Sequence record: AP018399.1
Reading direction: 5' to 3' (one strand)
DNA: 64,000 bases
The position numbers and the translations under genes were made by a program. This document shows positions 36,177 through 44,498 of this stretch, piece by piece (position 1 is the stretch's first letter; each line of letters begins with the position of its first letter). The notes under the pieces were generated by a model. It saw nothing but the letters and a program-made list of their open reading frames with translations. It was not told the DNA's origin and did not search any database.

Positions 36177-36312
36177 AATTAGGTGTTGACAAACGAAGAA
36201 AGTATGGTAATATGTACTTCTTCACCGGTAACCACTGACGATTGGCCCACCGCAAAAGGGCCGAAACAGAGAGACACAAGCGAGTTTACCTCCTTCCTCG
36301 CCGTCTCCTGTC

Positions 36313-36347
36313 TGGTTTGACAACTTGAGTGCGGAAACAATCTCAAG
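36313..36347 (+). promoter_or_regulatory. boxA-like plus GCGGAAA hairpin, copy 2
   Basis: TGGTTTGACAA then CTTGAG-TGCGGAAACAAT-CTCAAG. Confidence 0.5.
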
Positions 36348-36349
36348 GT

Positions 36350-37110
36350 GGAATAGCGTACAGTGATGTGCGTAAAGTGTGGCCCGCTCAGGCTGCGCAC
36401 CATGCAAATGGCTCCATCAAACAAGCACCGACTCCGGGGCACGCCAAAAGTGTGTCACGGCCCTTGTGAAGAACCACGAGGGAACTTGGAAAAGGTGCCC
36501 GACAAGCTAGTCTTGGGACAACTGAGACAGTTTCCACCCGCAAAGTGGATTAGGGATGCAACACGGATACCAAGCACTAGTCAAGGTGTAGAACATAAGC
36601 ATGAGGCTGCAACCAAGTGCGATGTTCAGTGAAGTGGGACTGTTTAACAGGCAGAACCGCATATACAATCCGAGTAGCCGCAAGCGAAAGGATACAGGGG
36701 CGTGTTGTATTTGGTACTTCAAAAGGGTATCGAGCAACGGCAACACACGTCCTGAGCAACAAAACAACTTCATAGGTTAATGAAATTAATTAAACGCAAA
36801 GTTGTTGCCGGTGCATGATGAAAGTGACGTAATGCTTGACACGCAAGTGAATCAAGCCATTCCGAGGCTCGCAAGGCAGAGGGGTGTTGTGGGAAAGTCG
36901 CACGTTTGGGGTCGAACCCTTTACTGCTCGCAAGGCAGGCGGTAGACAGAACCATGAATAGTCATGCACGACAGTGGAAATGCCACCACTTTAATCTAGG
37001 CCGTCATGGTTGCTACTCACATGAGTGAGTGGATAACGGTAGAAACTTCGCTCGCAAGCGGAGTATAATGACCGGAAAGGTAACCAATCAATGCTGTAAT
37101 CTCAGGCAGG
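36350..37110 (+). ncRNA. large ornate ncRNA candidate (GOLLD/ROOL class); boundaries approximate
   Basis: ~750 nt with no codon-biased ORF, many GNRA hairpins, CTCGCAAG x3, inside tRNA cluster. Confidence 0.55.
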
Positions 37111-37177
37111 CTTTTCCAATAAATTCAAGACCTTGCAGCTTTAAGCGCAATCACACTAAATAGATTTACATTTCTAT

Positions 37178-37263
37178 GCGGGTGTGGCCGAGTGGTCGAT
37201 GGCACTAGTCTTCCAAACTAGACTCAGAAATGGGCGCGAGTTCGAATCTCGCCACCCGCTCCA
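37178..37263 (+). tRNA. tRNA-Gly(TCC) with long variable arm
   Basis: CT-TCC-AA loop, U73, V arm CTCA-GAAA-TGGG. Confidence 0.85.
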
Positions 37264-37388
37264 AATTCAAAGAATTCAAGACAGATGTACACTGGACTGA
37301 ATCGTCATTAGCGCCCAAGGGTGCAGAGAGTTCCGCTAGTATCTCGCTGCAACGACGTTAATGAATGTTCGACTAGCTCCAAATTTGA

Positions 37389-37467
37389 CGCGCGGTACAA
37401 TCAATATCGGCAGATGGGCACCCTCATAAGGTGTCGGTTGGGAGTTCAAGTCTCCCCTGCGCTACCA
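37389..37467 (+). tRNA. tRNA-Met/Ile2(CAT)
   Basis: CT-CAT-AA loop, unpaired 1:72, ACCA. Confidence 0.8.
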
Positions 37468-37495
37468 AACCCGGATAGGGTAGCTCCCTATCCTT

Positions 37496-37554
37496 CGTAG
37501 GTGTGACCGGCTCTCATGAGGCTTGTCGGTTCTTGACTGAGCAACCTACAACCA
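37496..37554 (+). ncRNA. 59-nt mini tRNA-like RNA (CAT loop, no D arm)
   Basis: C-GTAGGT/ACCTAC-A-ACCA; GGCT-CTCATGA-GGCT; TCGG-TTCTTGA-CTGA. Confidence 0.45.
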
Positions 37555-37568
37555 ATTCGTAGTACAAT

Positions 37569-37653
37569 GGGCGTGTGGCGGAATTGGCAGACGCACTAGA
37601 TTTAGGTTCTAGCGCCGCAAGGCGTGTGGGTTCGACTCCCACCTAGCCCACCA
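37569..37653 (+). tRNA. tRNA-Leu(TAG)
   Basis: class II cloverleaf; two acceptor mismatches. Confidence 0.9.
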
Positions 37654-37829
37654 AACGTCGGTCGGTACCTTAAGCAAGTACCGCCAAGTTATCAGTGATT
37701 TGCCTAGTTTAAGCTGATGGCTCGCCGTGAAACAGTCGGATATTAAAACGGGTAGGGTGTCGCCGATAGACTAGTGAATCAGCTTGCTAAGGGCTGGGAA
37801 TCGAAACTGCTACTTAGCTTCCATTCTAT

Positions 37830-37904
37830 GGAGCATTCGTCTATCGGTTAGGACGCTAGACTTTCACTCTGGAAAGAGGGGTTCGACTCCCCTATGCTCT
37901 ACCA
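37830..37904 (+). tRNA. tRNA-Glu(TTC)
   Basis: canonical cloverleaf. Confidence 0.95.
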
Positions 37905-37908
37905 ACAC

Positions 37909-37939
37909 AGAAGCCCGCCTAGTGCGGGCTTTTCTTTTT
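37909..37939 (+). terminator. intrinsic terminator ending the RNA cluster
   Basis: AAGCCCGC/GCGGGCTT plus T-tract. Confidence 0.85.
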
Positions 37940-37970
37940 GCTATATAATAATTGGAACATAGGATTTCAA

Positions 37971-38336
37971 ATGGAATTATCCCCAATCCACCAATTATTG
38001 ATTCTGGGAACGCTGACGCTCATCGCCGTAGTCTCGGTGGTTTCGCTCGCCTATCAGATGTACTTCCTGCCCAAGAAGCGCAAAGCCTTCCTCATTAAAG
38101 AAATGGGACATTGCTTGCTGACTCGTGAGCAAATTTACGGTGCGGAACTCATCAACCACTGCCGAACCATCCTGCATAATATCGACATACATTGCAGTAT
38201 GAGAGAAGGATTCAAGATGGTCTACACATACGGCAAGTATGAGATAGGCGTCAACTGGTATCCTGTCAATGGATTGTTTGAGTTCACCTTCCCGGTCAAG
38301 TACGAAACGATTGCGAAAATTTACTATCCGACTTGA
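37971..38336 (+). CDS. membrane-anchored hypothetical protein
   Basis: N-terminal TM segment. Confidence 0.65.
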   Translation: MELSPIHQLLILGTLTLIAVVSVVSLAYQMYFLPKKRKAFLIKEMGHCLLTREQIYGAELINHCRTILHNIDIHCSMREGFKMVYTYGKYEIGVNWYPVNGLFEFTFPVKYETIAKIYYPT

Positions 38337-38386
38337 CAAACGAAGTTGATGGGTCTATAATTCTCATCATCAAGTCAGGACACACA

Positions 38387-38665
38387 ATGACCACTTACAA
38401 CGAAGAGTCGAGAGCGAAGATTTACGAGCAGTATCCGCAGAAGCCCCGTGAGCAGAAGCGCATCGGTGGCCTCATCGAAAACTGGTCGCTGGTTCCGTTC
38501 AATGGCGATGACAAGAAGCTGGTCATCGTGGGGTCGCTGAGTGGCGACAACTATTGGGACAAAGGCCCAATCCGTACTTCGCTCATCATGAGCATCAATG
38601 AAGATGAGACTGAGGCCGAAACCCTCAATACCATCTACAAGCTGGGCGTCAAGGCTTCGGCCTAA
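38387..38665 (+). CDS. hypothetical protein
   Basis: IRTSLI...ETLNTIYKL; promoter. Confidence 0.75.
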   Translation: MTTYNEESRAKIYEQYPQKPREQKRIGGLIENWSLVPFNGDDKKLVIVGSLSGDNYWDKGPIRTSLIMSINEDETEAETLNTIYKLGVKASA

Positions 38666-38691
38666 CGCCTAGGGTGGGGAGAGTCACTTTT

Positions 38692-38960
38692 CGCAGGTTA
38701 TGGCTCCCCACAAGAATGAAATCTGCCAGTTTACCGCCCCAAGCTCGTGCTGTGGCATGGTCACCGTATTTGACCGGTCTACCACTACAGCCGGACCGAC
38801 ACACTAGGACAACTCTCACTAATCCTAGGTAAAGCGGTCGCCCTGTGAGAAGGGAAAGGATGTACCGACAAGTAGCGGCTCCCTCGTGGAGTTTCATGGT
38901 TGCGAAGCCATGATACTAATGAAGCGCGAAATCAGGTACAGCCCGAGCTAGGTGGCTTGC
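38692..38960 (+). ncRNA. structured ncRNA candidate
   Basis: GCTCGTGCTGT (38743) pairs with ACAGCCCGAGC (38938); several internal hairpins; no codon-biased ORF. Confidence 0.4.
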
Positions 38961-39009
38961 ATTTGACCTTCTGGTTTGTTATAATCAAGACCAATCCAGA
39001 GGTACCGAC

Positions 39010-39738
39010 ATGAAAATCACATCAACGTGGCTCCTTACATCCGCTGCCCAAGTCGTCATCACGATTGCTGTGGGCGCGTTCATGCTGGTCAATGCCGCAG
39101 TGATTGGCTTCTATGTCATTGAAGGATATGGGAATTATCAGAAGAAGGAATCTGCGGACGTAATCCTCACCGGTCGCGTTCACACGTTCTCGTCTCTGGA
39201 ATTCACCACGAATCCGGCCGGTACCATGCGTACCTGCGTCGGGGTGACCGCTAGCAACGGTCGGATGGTGGTTCGCGAACTCGGTGATTGGGAAGGAAAC
39301 CTTCCGGCCGGTGACTTCTGTGGGCAGCTTTTCAGCGCCAGCAACCTCACCAACTGGAAGCATATGGCACCAACATCCAACGGCACCAGTGTGCTTGAGA
39401 AGGTGTTGTGGTCCATTGCTTTCTTCGTCGTGTTCATGAGTGGTGCGTATCTGGTGGCGTCGATTCCTGCCAATCTGGTGGCTATCGCATTGCCGGGACT
39501 GGCTCCGATTGCCAAGTTGATGGCGTTGGCGTTCACGCTTCCTGTGCTGCTGTTCTGGGCAGTGTTCGTCACCAGTGCATGGCAGTACCATCCGTCGTAT
39601 TGGAAGTCGCCTGACGGCTATGTGGTCGAGACTGAGAAGGTCTTCATCACGCGAGACAAGCGAGTGTTCACCGCTCCGGAAACGTTGTTCGGATGGACCT
39701 CAAGCAATACGATGCAAGAACGAAAGGTGTTCGAATGA
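39010..39738 (+). CDS. multi-pass membrane protein
   Basis: 3 hydrophobic segments. Confidence 0.75.
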   Translation: MKITSTWLLTSAAQVVITIAVGAFMLVNAAVIGFYVIEGYGNYQKKESADVILTGRVHTFSSLEFTTNPAGTMRTCVGVTASNGRMVVRELGDWEGNLPAGDFCGQLFSASNLTNWKHMAPTSNGTSVLEKVLWSIAFFVVFMSGAYLVASIPANLVAIALPGLAPIAKLMALAFTLPVLLFWAVFVTSAWQYHPSYWKSPDGYVVETEKVFITRDKRVFTAPETLFGWTSSNTMQERKVFE

Positions 39739-39938
39739 GTTTCTTCAAGTGGTATGACCGGCATCCGAAGAATCGGTTCTGGTTCACCATCGGTGTCATC
39801 GCATTCGTCCTGATTCCTCCTGTAGTGACATGGACGGCTCCGAAATCACTGACGTGGATTGCGATTCTGCTGAATGCTGGCATTGCAGTGCTGCATATGC
39901 ATAACTGGATGAAGTTGAAGCGTGGTTCCAAGTCGTAG
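39735..39938 (+). CDS. small membrane protein (TAG stop)
   Basis: two TM segments. Confidence 0.65.
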   Translation: MSFFKWYDRHPKNRFWFTIGVIAFVLIPPVVTWTAPKSLTWIAILLNAGIAVLHMHNWMKLKRGSKS

Positions 39939-40323
39939 AGAACAGCGCTTCTACAAGAAGGCCAGAGAAGCAAGCAGTCGTTCAAATCACTACAAGGCCA
40001 AGATTGGTGCGGTAATTGTCACAGGGAACTATGTCCTTTCAGAAGGGTGCAGCCGTGAGAAGAGCCATACAAGACAACACCGGTACGACCGTAGGATGAA
40101 GTACCACGGTGGTCAGTCGAAGCTTCATGCTGAGATTGACGCCCTTGTGTCATCTGGCCGTGTCGATTTGACTGGTGCCGAAATCTACATCTACAGGGAA
40201 GACAAGAAGGGTAATCTTGCCAACTGTAGACCTTGCGTTAGTTGTACACAGGCGTTGAAGGACGCTGGTGTGCGTCACATCTACTACACCCACAAAGAGG
40301 GGTTTGCTTATGAGCAGTTCTGA
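39922..40323 (+). CDS. cytidine/dCMP deaminase-family protein
   Basis: LHAEIDA...RPCVSC zinc motif. Confidence 0.8.
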   Translation: MVPSRREQRFYKKAREASSRSNHYKAKIGAVIVTGNYVLSEGCSREKSHTRQHRYDRRMKYHGGQSKLHAEIDALVSSGRVDLTGAEIYIYREDKKGNLANCRPCVSCTQALKDAGVRHIYYTHKEGFAYEQF

Positions 40324-40444
40324 TGCAGCGTTCCGTGAGAAGTTCATGAAGTTGATGCAATCACGGAAAGAAATGTCGCCGGAACAGTTGACAAGCGAAG
40401 ATGAGTTCGATAATATGGTCGAACTTGGTGATGCAACTGAGTGA
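40310..40444 (+). CDS. small hypothetical protein (44 aa)
   Basis: GAGGGG RBS. Confidence 0.45.
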   Translation: MSSSDAAFREKFMKLMQSRKEMSPEQLTSEDEFDNMVELGDATE

Positions 40445-40485
40445 TTTCACTCTAATTGCAACCACACTAAATAGTTTTACAATAT

Positions 40486-40562
40486 CCGGGTGTAGCGCAG
40501 TCTGGTAGCGCACTTGCTTTGGGAGCATGGGGTCGCAGGTTCGAATCCTGCCGTCCGGACCA
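40486..40562 (+). tRNA. tRNA-Pro(TGG)
   Basis: canonical, G37. Confidence 0.95.
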
Positions 40563-40573
40563 AATTCATAGTT

Positions 40574-40650
40574 CAGGGTGTAGCGCAGTCTGGTAGCGTG
40601 GCCGGTTTGGAGCCGGGCGGTCGTAGGTTCAAATCCTACCATCCTGACCA
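40574..40650 (+). tRNA. tRNA-Pro(TGG) with A37-G38
   Basis: loop TT-TGG-AG. Confidence 0.85.
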
Positions 40651-40693
40651 AAATTAAGGTATGTGTACCGGAACTACACATATGACGAACAAT

Positions 40694-40784
40694 GCCACTT
40701 TGCCTGAGTCCGGTCGATAGGAACTGCCTTGTAAGCAGTCGGGATAATACCCCATCGCAGGTTCAAATCCTGTGGGTGGCACCA
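40694..40784 (+). tRNA. tRNA-Thr(TGT) with long variable arm
   Basis: CT-TGT-AA loop; V arm GGG-ATAATA-CCC. Confidence 0.85.
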
Positions 40785-40792
40785 AATTCTAC

Positions 40793-40869
40793 AGGTCGGT
40801 AGTTCCAACGGCTAGAACGATGGACTCCAAATCCATGCGATGGGGGTTCGAATCCCTCCCGGCCTGCCA
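40793..40869 (+). tRNA. tRNA-Trp(CCA)
   Basis: canonical. Confidence 0.95.
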
Positions 40870-40876
40870 ATTTCTC

Positions 40877-41077
40877 ATGACGCTAAAGTTCTGGTTCAAA
40901 TGGAATGCACAGAAGGTCGCTGACCAACTGAACGAGCAATATCGTCAGTATGAGGACAACTGCTTTCCGTGGGAAGTACAGCGACAAGGTATTCGGTACT
41001 TGATTTTAAAGAAGTACCATGCTAATGTATCTGGAACGTACACAATAGCAGCATCAAAACGACATATAGGGGCGTAG
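40877..41077 (+). CDS. hypothetical protein (TAG stop lies inside tRNA-Gln)
   Basis: ORF. Confidence 0.5.
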   Translation: MTLKFWFKWNAQKVADQLNEQYRQYEDNCFPWEVQRQGIRYLILKKYHANVSGTYTIAASKRHIGA

Positions 41078-41142
41078 TACAGCGGTTAGTGCGCTTGACT
41101 CTGACTCATGAAACGGTGGTTCGAATCCATCCGCCCCTGCCA
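41068..41142 (+). tRNA. tRNA-Gln(CTG)
   Basis: canonical. Confidence 0.9.
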
Positions 41143-41148
41143 ATTCGG

Positions 41149-41424
41149 ATGACTACAATGAAATTTGAAGTTTCCAAGCGTTTCACTATCTACGGTCTGA
41201 ATGCACATGAACGAGAATTCATGTGTAATCTTCTCACCAAAGGCCAATACAACTGGTCCAATTGGGATAATGATACGTTCGCGGTCATCTTCCATGAAGG
41301 TTCGTTGCATACCATCCCCGAAGATGATGTGGTGAAGTTCCTGAACATTCTTGACCATCGTCGGAAGGTTCATATATACTTCGAATACACTGGCGACGGA
41401 CGCTTCAACATCATCGTCAAGTAA
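41149..41424 (+). CDS. hypothetical protein
   Basis: ORF between tRNAs. Confidence 0.65.
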   Translation: MTTMKFEVSKRFTIYGLNAHEREFMCNLLTKGQYNWSNWDNDTFAVIFHEGSLHTIPEDDVVKFLNILDHRRKVHIYFEYTGDGRFNIIVK

Positions 41425-41428
41425 CAAT

Positions 41429-41504
41429 AGGGGTTTAGCCAAGTGGTTAAGGCATGGGCCTTTGACTCCCAGACCGGTAGGTTCGATTCCTCCAACCCCT
41501 GCCA
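41429..41504 (+). tRNA. tRNA-Gln(TTG)
   Basis: canonical. Confidence 0.95.
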
Positions 41505-41544
41505 AACCAGTTGACAAATGAACTTGATGGGTTATAATTAATCC

Positions 41545-41751
41545 ATGAACATACATTCGTTGACCCATGCAGTATCGGTGACCAGCACCAAGGCGGATTG
41601 TCTGGACTTCCTTGGCCTTGACCACTCCACGCGGAACTTCCGGCTCATGTCGGATGCCATCAAGAAGCACGGCATCGACACCAGCCACTTCGTAGGAATC
41701 AAGGCTTCGGAGTACGTGGCACGCTTCAAACCAGTTGACAATCAGTTTTAA
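41545..41751 (+). pseudogene. N-terminal fragment resembling phage HNH homing endonucleases
   Basis: AV..TS..D.L..LGL.....N.......IKKHGIDTSHF.G pattern with no HNH domain following. Confidence 0.45.
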
Positions 41752-41980
41752 TCTGGTAAGATAACATCATCACATCGGGTAAGCCCTTCACTGACCAGTG
41801 AGTCCGAGGAAGGGAGAGAAAGCAGGCCGGGTTGTTGGGGGCGCTGCCGAAAAGAGGGAGAGACAGTGGCACGAATGAAGCAAATGCATCTGGATATCAT
41901 CGAAAGCCAAGAGGCTGACGAGGAAGGTATCATCAATGCGGTGCCAACTCCGGTTCCGTCTCCCGCACGGGAGGTCGCAA

Positions 41981-42229
41981 ATGCCGAAGTATCTCCTGAT
42001 TGATTCCACTTCGGTTTTCATTCCGGGCGACGAGCGTTCACGCACGAATCCCGGTCACGGATACCCCGAGCGGACGGAAACGTACCCGGTGTTGAAGTGG
42101 TTCGATACCGAGCAGCAAGTGCTGGAATATCTGGAAACGTGGGGTCGTAACATCAAAGACCCGCAGATATGGGAACTCGCTGGTAAAGTCAAACTGGAAG
42201 TGAAGACTACCTTGTCACTTTCCAAGTAA
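41981..42229 (+). CDS. hypothetical protein
   Basis: GGAGG RBS; GDERSRTNPGHGYP. Confidence 0.7.
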   Translation: MPKYLLIDSTSVFIPGDERSRTNPGHGYPERTETYPVLKWFDTEQQVLEYLETWGRNIKDPQIWELAGKVKLEVKTTLSLSK

Positions 42230-42235
42230 TATTCC

Positions 42236-42322
42236 GGGCATGTGGCGGAATTGGTAGACGCGGCAGACTCAAAATCTGTTGGTAGAAATACCGTGTCGGT
42301 TCGATTCCGACCTTGCCCACCA
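42236..42322 (+). tRNA. tRNA-Leu(CAA)
   Basis: class II cloverleaf. Confidence 0.95.
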
Positions 42323-42336
42323 AACAAGAGAACGCA

Positions 42337-42726
42337 ATGAAGATTTCCTTCCGTACTGCTGTCATGATTGCCATCGCTGTTGGTGTCGCGGGAAGCCTGC
42401 TTCTCCCCGTCAATGCGAAGGCTCAGGATGTTATCAGCCAGACCAACGCCACCATGATGGCGTTCCAGCCTGCGATGACTGCCGACACCAGTTCCAGCAA
42501 GCCCACAACGCCGCCTCCGGCCAAGCTGTACCGTGAGCGCGTACCGGGTAAGCCGGAAGAAGGATTCGTTCCTGTGACGGCTCCGGTGAAGAAGAACTAC
42601 CAGTACACGAGGGTGGACTATCCCTACGGTGAAGTTCTCATCTTCGAAGACTTCGTTCGTCGCAATGTGTGCTACATCACCATCAATAACGGTCGAATCT
42701 CGGAATCCTGTGTTCCCATGAAGTAA
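42337..42726 (+). CDS. secreted hypothetical protein
   Basis: signal peptide. Confidence 0.7.
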   Translation: MKISFRTAVMIAIAVGVAGSLLLPVNAKAQDVISQTNATMMAFQPAMTADTSSSKPTTPPPAKLYRERVPGKPEEGFVPVTAPVKKNYQYTRVDYPYGEVLIFEDFVRRNVCYITINNGRISESCVPMK

Positions 42727-42735
42727 GGAAAACAA

Positions 42736-43107
42736 ATGAAAACTGCACTAAAGGTTCTGGGTATTCTGGCTCTGGTTTTCTTCTTGCTGGTCGGCGGCTG
42801 CACTATGCTGGTCATGATGACACCAAAAAAGCCGGTTGTAGCCGAAGTAAAGAAGGATGCCATCGACCAAACTCGTGATATCGTGAATTTCACGTACAGT
42901 GCTGCCAAGCAGTGTGAAAAATACGGCGATGGGTCTAGCTCATGTAGTCTGTTTAAGAACCAAACACGTAATCGGGTAATTCGTGATATCATCTATGCTC
43001 CGGCTGTTCCGGGTGAAGTGATGGCTGAATTCAATAAGCGCGGATACTTCACCGAATATACCGAACAAATGTTGTATATTGAAGCTGTCGATAAACATCT
43101 TCGATAA
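42736..43107 (+). CDS. membrane-anchored hypothetical protein
   Basis: N-terminal TM segment. Confidence 0.7.
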   Translation: MKTALKVLGILALVFFLLVGGCTMLVMMTPKKPVVAEVKKDAIDQTRDIVNFTYSAAKQCEKYGDGSSSCSLFKNQTRNRVIRDIIYAPAVPGEVMAEFNKRGYFTEYTEQMLYIEAVDKHLR

Positions 43108-43108
43108 C

Positions 43109-43183
43109 GGGCCGGTAGCATATGGGTAAATGCGTCCGACTCATAATCGGTTGAGCAAGGTTCGATTCCTTGACGGCCCACCA
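43109..43183 (+). tRNA. tRNA-Met/Ile2(CAT)
   Basis: CT-CAT-AA loop. Confidence 0.9.
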
Positions 43184-43201
43184 AACTAAATAGGTTTACA
43201 C

Positions 43202-43278
43202 GGTAATATAACTCAGCCCGGTAGAGTAGCGCCCTCATAAGGCGTTTGTCGCAGGTTCGAATCCCGCTATTACCACCA
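43202..43278 (+). tRNA. tRNA-Met(CAT)
   Basis: canonical. Confidence 0.9.
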
Positions 43279-43326
43279 AGATTTATCTTGACAGCCTCAA
43301 ATGAGGCTGTTATAGTTTTAGAACAT

Positions 43327-43415
43327 GACGCGGTGCCGGAGTCTGGTTGAACGGGATGGACTGCAAATCCATAAGCGAAAGCTCATCACAGGTTCAAATC
43401 CTGTTCGCGTCTCCA
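43327..43415 (+). tRNA. tRNA-Cys(GCA) with long variable arm
   Basis: CT-GCA-AA, U73, V arm AAGCGAAAGCTCATC. Confidence 0.85.
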
Positions 43416-43420
43416 AATAC

Positions 43421-43570
43421 GGGGTGTTAGGGAATTGGAAAACTCGCCGGAAGTAATCCGGTAGCTTGTGATAAGGTTGCAACCACCGAAATCGACTGCA
43501 TTCTAGAACGTAGTCACTAGTAGGTATCATGATAGCTTGACTTTGGTTCGAATCCAGAGACACCCCACCA
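43421..43570 (+). ncRNA. 150-nt tRNA-like RNA with ~78-nt branched variable region
   Basis: GGGGTGT/ACACCCC-ACCA, D arm, GCCGG-AAGTAAT-CCGGT, TTCGAAT T loop. Confidence 0.75.
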
Positions 43571-43591
43571 ATTCACAACAAAGGAAGTAAG

Positions 43592-43861
43592 ATGTTCGCT
43601 CTACTGAGAAAGAAGTTCGGCACTGCTGCTTTCGTGTTCCCGCTGATGGCGCTCATGGGCATCGTCTTCCATGTGGAGCCGAAGGATATCCTGCTGGGTT
43701 CCGTCCTGATGTACATCGTTACGCTCGCTCTGCTGATGCTGGACGACGTGTTCGTGTTTGAATTCGCGGACAATGGCGCGCTTCTGAGCGAGGAAGAGCT
43801 TGTCGAATTTGACAAGCTGGTTTCACCTGTACAAGTTACAGTGGAAGTGCAATACAACTAA
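43592..43861 (+). CDS. membrane protein
   Basis: two TM segments. Confidence 0.7.
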   Translation: MFALLRKKFGTAAFVFPLMALMGIVFHVEPKDILLGSVLMYIVTLALLMLDDVFVFEFADNGALLSEEELVEFDKLVSPVQVTVEVQYN

Positions 43862-43881
43862 ATAGCTTTACAAGGTGGGAT

Positions 43882-44091
43882 ATGAAGAAAATCAAGGGGT
43901 TGTTCGGGAAGTATCCCGTCGCTGCTAACTCTTCATCGTATTTCGCCGCAACATTCGTTGGAACCGGTGCAGTAGCTACCGTATTCAATCGACCGATAGA
44001 AGAAGCAATCTTCATATCAGTCATCATGGCCGTAACGGGCGGTGTAATTGGATGGGTAAAAACTGTTGACAAAGACGGTGAAAGCGAATAA
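43882..44091 (+). CDS. membrane protein
   Basis: two TM segments. Confidence 0.6.
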   Translation: MKKIKGLFGKYPVAANSSSYFAATFVGTGAVATVFNRPIEEAIFISVIMAVTGGVIGWVKTVDKDGESE

Positions 44092-44103
44092 GATACAAAC
44101 TTC

Positions 44104-44192
44104 GGGTCGGTCGCATAGTGGCCGAGTGCAACGGGCTGTTAACCCGTCGAGTTAATACTCCATCGCTGGTTCGAATCCAGCCCGGTCCGCCA
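44104..44192 (+). tRNA. tRNA-Asn(GTT) with long variable arm
   Basis: CT-GTT-AA, G73; V arm GAGT-TAAT-ACTC; G3-U70 pair. Confidence 0.85.
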
Positions 44193-44228
44193 AATTCACA
44201 AACGTTACAACCATACTAAATAGTTTTT

Positions 44229-44354
44229 ATGAACGCTATCCATATTGACAACCGAGCCGACCGATTTATCAGCATTATTGCTGATGATAGCGTCAGCGCG
44301 CGTGTGGATAGTTTTAGTGTTGTAGCAGTAGATTCAAGTAACAAGCAAGAGTAA
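44229..44354 (+). CDS. 41-aa Asp/Ile-rich micro-ORF after late promoter motif
   Basis: MNAIHIDNRADRFISIIADD... Confidence 0.35.
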   Translation: MNAIHIDNRADRFISIIADDSVSARVDSFSVVAVDSSNKQE

Positions 44355-44386
44355 GGCCAAGGAATCATTCTCGGTCTTACAGACAC

Positions 44387-44465
44387 GGGAATGTAGCTCA
44401 GTTTTTGGTAGAGCAGTAGCCTGAAAAGCTTCGTGTCGTAGGTTCGATTCCTATCATTCCCACCA
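44387..44465 (+). tRNA. tRNA-Phe(GAA)
   Basis: canonical. Confidence 0.95.
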
Positions 44466-44498
44466 AATTTCGATGTGCGCAGCAATGCGTTCGTCAAC

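Noticed and set aside
36179-36955. Short ORFs in the large non-coding region
   Set aside because: No phage-like codon bias, on mixed strands, and better explained by structured RNA
41780-41830. Possible hammerhead ribozyme (CTGA...GAGTCC...GAAA)
   Set aside because: The CUGANGA core and stem II/GAAA spacing are not satisfied
37389-43278. Initiator tRNA-fMet assignment for any CAT tRNA
   Set aside because: None has the three consecutive G-C pairs in the anticodon stem; Met versus Ile2 left open
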